DNA from: Rhizodiscina lignyota
Taxonomy: Eukaryota
Length of the DNA stretch: 64,000 nt
Direction: 5' to 3'
NCBI GenBank assembly: GCA_010015805.1
Contig: ML978123.1
Span: 1,116,001 to 1,180,000, forward strand
A model generated the notes under the pieces. It was not told the DNA's origin. It saw nothing but the letters and a program-made list of their open reading frames with translations, and did not search any database. The position numbers and the translations under genes are program-made. This document shows positions 58,855 to 64,000 of this stretch, piece by piece (the stretch's first letter is position 1; every line of letters begins with the position of its first letter).

Positions 58855-60117
58855 CTAGACGGCAGGGCCCGCCCCAATCCACACCCTATAACTCCTAAAC
58901 GGACCCTTCCTCCGATCCACATTCATATACTGCCGGTCTGGTTTCAACTCAAGCTGGTTCGTACAGAAATAAAGCCACCCATCAAGAATAGCCGCCGAGT
59001 CCGCGTGCTGAATCTGCGCGTTCCTCACAAGATCCTTCACGACATAGTTCTCCGTCGGCACGGGGCCAGAGCCACCAGGCGGGGCTCCATTAACCTCCAT
59101 CGTGACTTGCGACTGCTGAGTATCGACGTAGAAGATGGCGTTGTGCTCGCTCGCCAGGATGTAAACGCGCCCCTTGTCGTCGGCCGTGAAGCCTGCCTGC
59201 TCAGTTCCACACTGTCCTGGGTCCTGGACCGCCGCGAGCACCTCATCGTCTGAAGCAGAGAAGTCTTGGAGGATAGCTTGGGAGACGAAATAGAACCGCC
59301 GGGATGAGAGGACACCCCAATAGACGTTTCCGCTAGCCAGGGCGATACCGTCCGATCCGGTGTTAAGGAAGCCTCTCGAGGTACCATTGTTCCATTTGTA
59401 GATGAGGTCGCCATCAAAAACACCGACGTAGCCTGGATCCGACTTTGTGAATGTGCTGTTGAAGAGCCTCTTCACGACTCCGCCGGTATCCAGGTCGATG
59501 GCTATGATAGAGCCGAACTGAGACTCGTCTGTAAGGAATGCGAATCCCCCGGTCCCAGCGGTGTTGTTAATGCGGACATCGTTGCAATTCGTCATGTTTG
59601 TGAGCAGTGGAGTCGGGACAGTATACGTGCGTATCTTCTCTCTTGTGGTGATGTTGAAAGAAATGATCTTAGCTCCTCCAGGCGTTGCGCTCTTATTGCC
59701 GGGAAAGATGCCACTGTCGACGATCCACATCTGGCCGATCGAATCGAGCACAACGTTCTGCACATTGATGAAGCAGTCCCTGACGTCCTGTCCAGCAGTG
59801 CAGTTCTGGATCTCGGCCGAGGGCCAAGGCTCCTCGGTGGTGAAGCTAGTCGCGATGACCACATTGAGTGGAGTTGGAGCATCGTTACGCGGATAGGTAA
59901 TGTAGATATTCAGATCATTGTCGACAGCGAGACCAGTCGGAGGGTTGGTACTCTCATGAACAGCCTCCAGCTGCGGACCGATGATTGTAAAATCAGTTGG
60001 ACACAAACCACGAGGTCCTTTAGTATTGTCGGGTTCTTCTGGAACCTTTGGACATTGAGACGGATAGCCGTATGCGGCCGCTGTGACAGCAAACGAGAGC
60101 AAGGTGATCCACAGCAT
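58855..60117 (-). CDS. Secreted yellow/major royal jelly protein family (beta-propeller) protein, intronless
   Basis: Signal MLWITLLSFAVTAAA, then IYITYPR, FINVQNVVLD...MWIVDSG, NDVRI, AFLTD, GSDGIAL and WLYFCTNQL. TATATATA at 60257-60264 upstream. Confidence 0.85.
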   Translation of the reverse strand: MLWITLLSFAVTAAAYGYPSQCPKVPEEPDNTKGPRGLCPTDFTIIGPQLEAVHESTNPPTGLAVDNDLNIYITYPRNDAPTPLNVVIATSFTTEEPWPSAEIQNCTAGQDVRDCFINVQNVVLDSIGQMWIVDSGIFPGNKSATPGGAKIISFNITTREKIRTYTVPTPLLTNMTNCNDVRINNTAGTGGFAFLTDESQFGSIIAIDLDTGGVVKRLFNSTFTKSDPGYVGVFDGDLIYKWNNGTSRGFLNTGSDGIALASGNVYWGVLSSRRFYFVSQAILQDFSASDDEVLAAVQDPGQCGTEQAGFTADDKGRVYILASEHNAIFYVDTQQSQVTMEVNGAPPGGSGPVPTENYVVKDLVRNAQIQHADSAAILDGWLYFCTNQLELKPDRQYMNVDRRKGPFRSYRVWIGAGPAV

Positions 60118-60748
60118 TATGATAATAATGAAGTTACTAGACTGAATTGATGCATGCACGAGGAAATTGGGTTCATACGTTCGTCCTGAAATCGATGATT
60201 CAAACCTGTCGACGACACGAAGACAAACTTACGGTGTGACAACCATCCCCCTTACATATATATACGAGCTTCAGCGTCCTTGACAGGTCGTAACTTACTG
60301 CAATCTCTTCTCGGCTCTTGATCGAGTGCGTTTTAGCGATGCGGGGAAGACTGAGGAGACCTGGCCAGGAACGACCTGATATCGTGATGTCGTTGACGCA
60401 TGAGTTCTGCCGATCGTTCGGGAACGCACAGAGTTGCGGAAAAGCTATGATCGCCCCCGGCAAAGCGTTCATCTTGGCAGGTTCCTTGTTCAGGCACAAG
60501 AGAAAGTTCGGGACCAACTCCGGAGAAGTATGATACGGTTGGAAAACCGAGAGTAAAGTGTCTAATATTTACAAAGCCGATAGGGCGGGTGGTCTGTGAC
60601 CGCAGAGCTCCTCCAACTAACCTGGTCTTTCCAACGCCATGCAATGCGTTACTAAAATATTCATACAACCTCCCATTGAGGGATGAATCCACAGCTTGTG
60701 TCTCTACAAGCTGCTTCCGCAACGTAAAAGTCCAGCGCCAGCGTGAAA

Positions 60749-62075
60749 TCACGCATCCACATCTGAAATCAATGGGTGTTTTTCGAACCACCTCAAGAAA
60801 CTCGCATATAGAACAAACATTGTTCCGGACTGAATGCCAGTCCAAACCGCACGAGGGCCGACACCTCGAAACCATCCACGAAGACCTTCTGTTCTATAGA
60901 TTAACCTCAGTCCTTTGAGCACCGACGAGGTATCCAGCGTTGCCGCCGTATGAGGCTTGAGTGAAGTCGCTGGAGATGTTGATATGGGTCTATTTGATTG
61001 ATGAGTTTTACTTCCAGCGGACTGATGTGTACTGTGCCTAGCAGGAGAAGTCGACTTTCCTGTAGTCCCTGTATGAGATGCCGGAGCATGCGAAAGAGCT
61101 GAAGGGTTGATCTGCGTTTGAATCCTCGTCTTGACAACGTCGAGAGGACAGGTTATTATGCCAGCCATGCTCCCAGCTGTTGCTCCGGTGAGTATTTCTA
61201 ACGGCAAGCCAATGTCTTTCTTTCCGAGCCATGCTCTCGCTGCGTTTTGTTCCTGCTCCCAGAAGGCGAATTGAAGAGCTGAGTATGGTAAATCTCGATA
61301 CAGCGTCGCCTTCAAACCGTAGAAGAGCGCGCCGATTCCTTCTGTTCGAATGATTGTTCTAGTTGCATCTAATGTACCGCGGTAGTTGTATCCGCTCTGG
61401 AAATGGGGGTTGTTGTAGCGGCCTTGCAGTTGAAGGCGCGTTTTGAGGACCTCCGAGGGGACATATACAGGAGCAGCAACCAAGTCGGCAAAGAAGCCTG
61501 CGAGACCATGAGCTTCACGGAATATGAGTAAAATACGAGATACTAACCACCGCTGAAATAGGCAATCGATGGAGCAACTCCAGCATCCAGAAGCATCCGC
61601 TTGCTCCACTCGTACGTTCCAAAGAATATTACTGTCCCGGAGAATGAACCCAAAAATGCTGGGAGAACACCGCCATACAGGCCTCTTCGTATCCCCTCCT
61701 GCCGCCAAATGGTGTAATAGCTCGAGCCTAAGGATGTGTATTTTGGTGGCATGTGTGGATCGCCTTGTTGTCGAGTTTTCACTGTATCCAAAGAGTGCAT
61801 CATCATATCACCCGTCGTGCCACCCAATCCACCTGCGAGCGCGACCTGCATTCGTGCACGTTAGCGCAGTTAATTGAGTATGTCTTGATTCTTCTCACAT
61901 GGAAGTATGACGGTCGCGCCAGTTCCAAGTCTGCCTCCTGCGCCATTGCTTCCTGTGACCATCCCTCACTATTATCACTCTGGCCATGCCTCTTTCCCTG
62001 TGTAGAGCCATTCTGATAATATGCGGTGCCGGAGTCTGCGGAGGCGAAGTATCGAGCTACTTCGCCCAGCACCAT
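60749..62075 (-). CDS. Mitochondrial carrier (SLC25) protein, Mme1/YMR166C-like; 2 introns; alternative start at 61946
   Basis: Three carrier signatures: HSLDTVKTRQQ, PSEVLKTRLQ and PLDVVKTRIQ. Confidence 0.92.
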
Positions 62076-63059
62076 GAAGGCTCACGGATAGGCGCGTTCA
62101 GAGCTGCCAGAAATTTCTCCACTGGCAGGCTTTGGTGTGAAAAGAGGCGTATCCAGAGAAGAGGATGAGGGAGGTGGAGAGCACGCTTGCGCGATGAGAG
62201 GCCTTAGTTGTCTGATAATGTTCGTTGCGGAAAACGCGTCTTTGTTGAGCTTCGGAATTTTTTCGTTCGGCGACAAGGCAAACTCCGATCGGGTCTCGTC
62301 TCGTGTGCTCTAACACCAAACTGAGCGTGTGCAAGCTCAACTTCCCATCCATAACCTGTCTCCTTGGAGAATTCAGACAAGAACCCAAAGCTATTACTCG
62401 ATAGCTTCCATAAGCTATTCTATTCAGTCAATTTCTAAAATCCTCATGCATCTTTGGCCTTGTACCCCAGAATCTCCTACCAATCAAGACTTCAATATTC
62501 AGACCAGCAATTTCAAGCACAGTATCTCACAACTTAAAATCTTGCATTCCACTTTAAAAGTAGTGTCTCTGTCTTCTGACATCTGTGTCTAAAGACATAC
62601 CGATTGCAATTAACTGTCTGCGAACTGTTGGTGGAGGTGTTCGTGTGCCAGGGCCAGCCCATCAGCAGCTTCAACGGCCACATGACAAAAGGGAGACTGC
62701 TGTCTGGCAATTGCCAGCAATCGGAAGGGCAAAAGCTCGAGGAATTTCACACAAACCTGCAAGCGGCCTCTGGTCTTCTCCAAGCTGAATTCGCAGCGCC
62801 GGCGATGACGAAAGGATTCCGCGAGCCAATCATGGCTGGAACAGGTTAAAATGGGTGGCTAGCGCCCCAGCCATTCTGTTTATTTACCAACGCCCCGTCG
62901 CTCCCGCACGACGTCCAGCTCCGTCCCACTTACAAGTCCACCACCGCGCTCATCAACTGCCATCCCAGCATCCATCACCAAAAATCCATATTCACACCCA
63001 AATATCCATCTCATTGTGATCGCCTCAGTTACGCGACTCCATCGAAGCTAATTTCAACC

Positions 63060-64000
63060 ATGTCGGCCTGGCTGCAGAAGCAGAAGAAGGGCGAGCTTCA
63101 GGACTACGCGAAGAAGATTGGTGTCGCTGAGTACGTGCAATTTGCGCACCTTGAGCAACTCCGTACAAACAACATAAAATTACTAATGCGACAGTGACAG
63201 CTCTGATGAGATGCTCAAGGAAGAGCTCGTTACCAACATCGACCAGTCCTTGCGCGCCAACGAGACCAGGTTCTCCAGCGATCCCACCTTTACCGAGTTC
63301 TACGCTCGCAGTTCACCCGTTAAGAAGGACAAAGGCACAGCCGCTGCAGCGGATGGAGAGAAGAAGCCGCGCCAGCGCAAGCAGTCCTTGAAGGTCAAGG
63401 AGGAACAGGATGCGGTGTAAGTCTTGAATGTTTATCCAATGCGCTCACGCGCACAACGCTGACGCGCCAACCACAGGAGCGATTCTACTCCAGACAAGGC
63501 GAAAGCACTAGCTGCGCGAACTCCGAGAGCAGTACAACGCGTCGCGTCGCGCGTTCCGCTTCCACCTTCGCCGGCCGTCGTCACGGACGCTATTGATCGC
63601 CAGACTGAAATCATCAGGCGGAGGGTCAGCTCAGCATGGGAAAAGTCCGGGGTTGATGAATCTGTGGAATGGATTCGCGAGTTTTTGAGCAGCGTTGAAG
63701 GCATAAGCCTCTGCACGCTCCTCTTGGAGGCGCTTTTCCTCCGCAGGGAGACCATGCCTTGGCGATTTGCGTTCAGGATGAGGGCAACACCACTTACACC
63801 AGCATTTGACGTCAAATGCCCCGACTTCTTTGTTCTGGTGGCAGAATCCTTCTGGGGGCCGACTCTGCTTTGGTTGACTACGAGCTTGCTCGCACCTAGT
63901 GCCGTCGCATACTTCGTCAACCTGACCAAGTCAAAGAGGGACGGCGTGACTACTCGACGCGCCAGTAAAGCTTCCTATCCGTTCGATCCGCTGACCTTCA
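63060..64000 (+). CDS. Gtt3-like putative membrane protein, truncated by the window end; 2 introns seen
   Basis: Spliced MSAWLQKQKKGELQDYAKKIG...LKEELVTNIDQSLRANETRF...SPVKK, then VPLPPSPAVVTD, PDFFVL...FWGPTLLW and AYFVNL...FDPLTF. Family assignment is from memory of this architecture. Confidence 0.7.

Noticed and set aside
1..64000. tRNA, rRNA, snRNA, riboswitch, transposon or CRISPR features
   Set aside because: No diagnostic sequences recognised by eye. A tRNAscan/Rfam/repeat scan is needed to exclude small RNAs.

Overview
Intron-containing fungal nuclear DNA (filamentous ascomycete, Pezizomycotina; short ~50-160 nt introns with CTRAC/CTAAY branch sites). About 20 protein-coding genes can be modelled. 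Housekeeping genes: eIF5B, END3, Rab-GAP TBC protein, Reb1-like Myb factor, BAG co-chaperone, mitochondrial carrier, cytochrome b561 protein and a Gtt3-like protein. Accessory or metabolic genes: GH3 beta-glucosidase, FAD monooxygenase fused to a multi-TM domain, Kex2-type repeat precursor, secreted GMC oxidoreductase, HeLo-like/ankyrin protein, a divergent MFS-TauD pair, atypical aspartic protease, AAA ATPase, peroxisomal acyl-CoA ligase and a yellow/MRJP protein. No rRNA, tRNA, intact transposon or CRISPR array was recognised. Strongest leads: (1) a BAG gene whose 131-codon, AUG-free, TM-encoding N-terminal extension begins at a GUG in optimal Kozak context, suggesting membrane-anchored and soluble isoforms from one mRNA; (2) a secreted Kex2-repeat peptide precursor with one in-frame UGA after codon 44; (3) an orphan epoxidase fused to a CtvD-like domain; (4) a candidate fungal NuSAP-like mitotic protein with paired forkhead sites; (5) three probable GC-AG introns. 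All gene models and family calls were made by eye; no searches were run.
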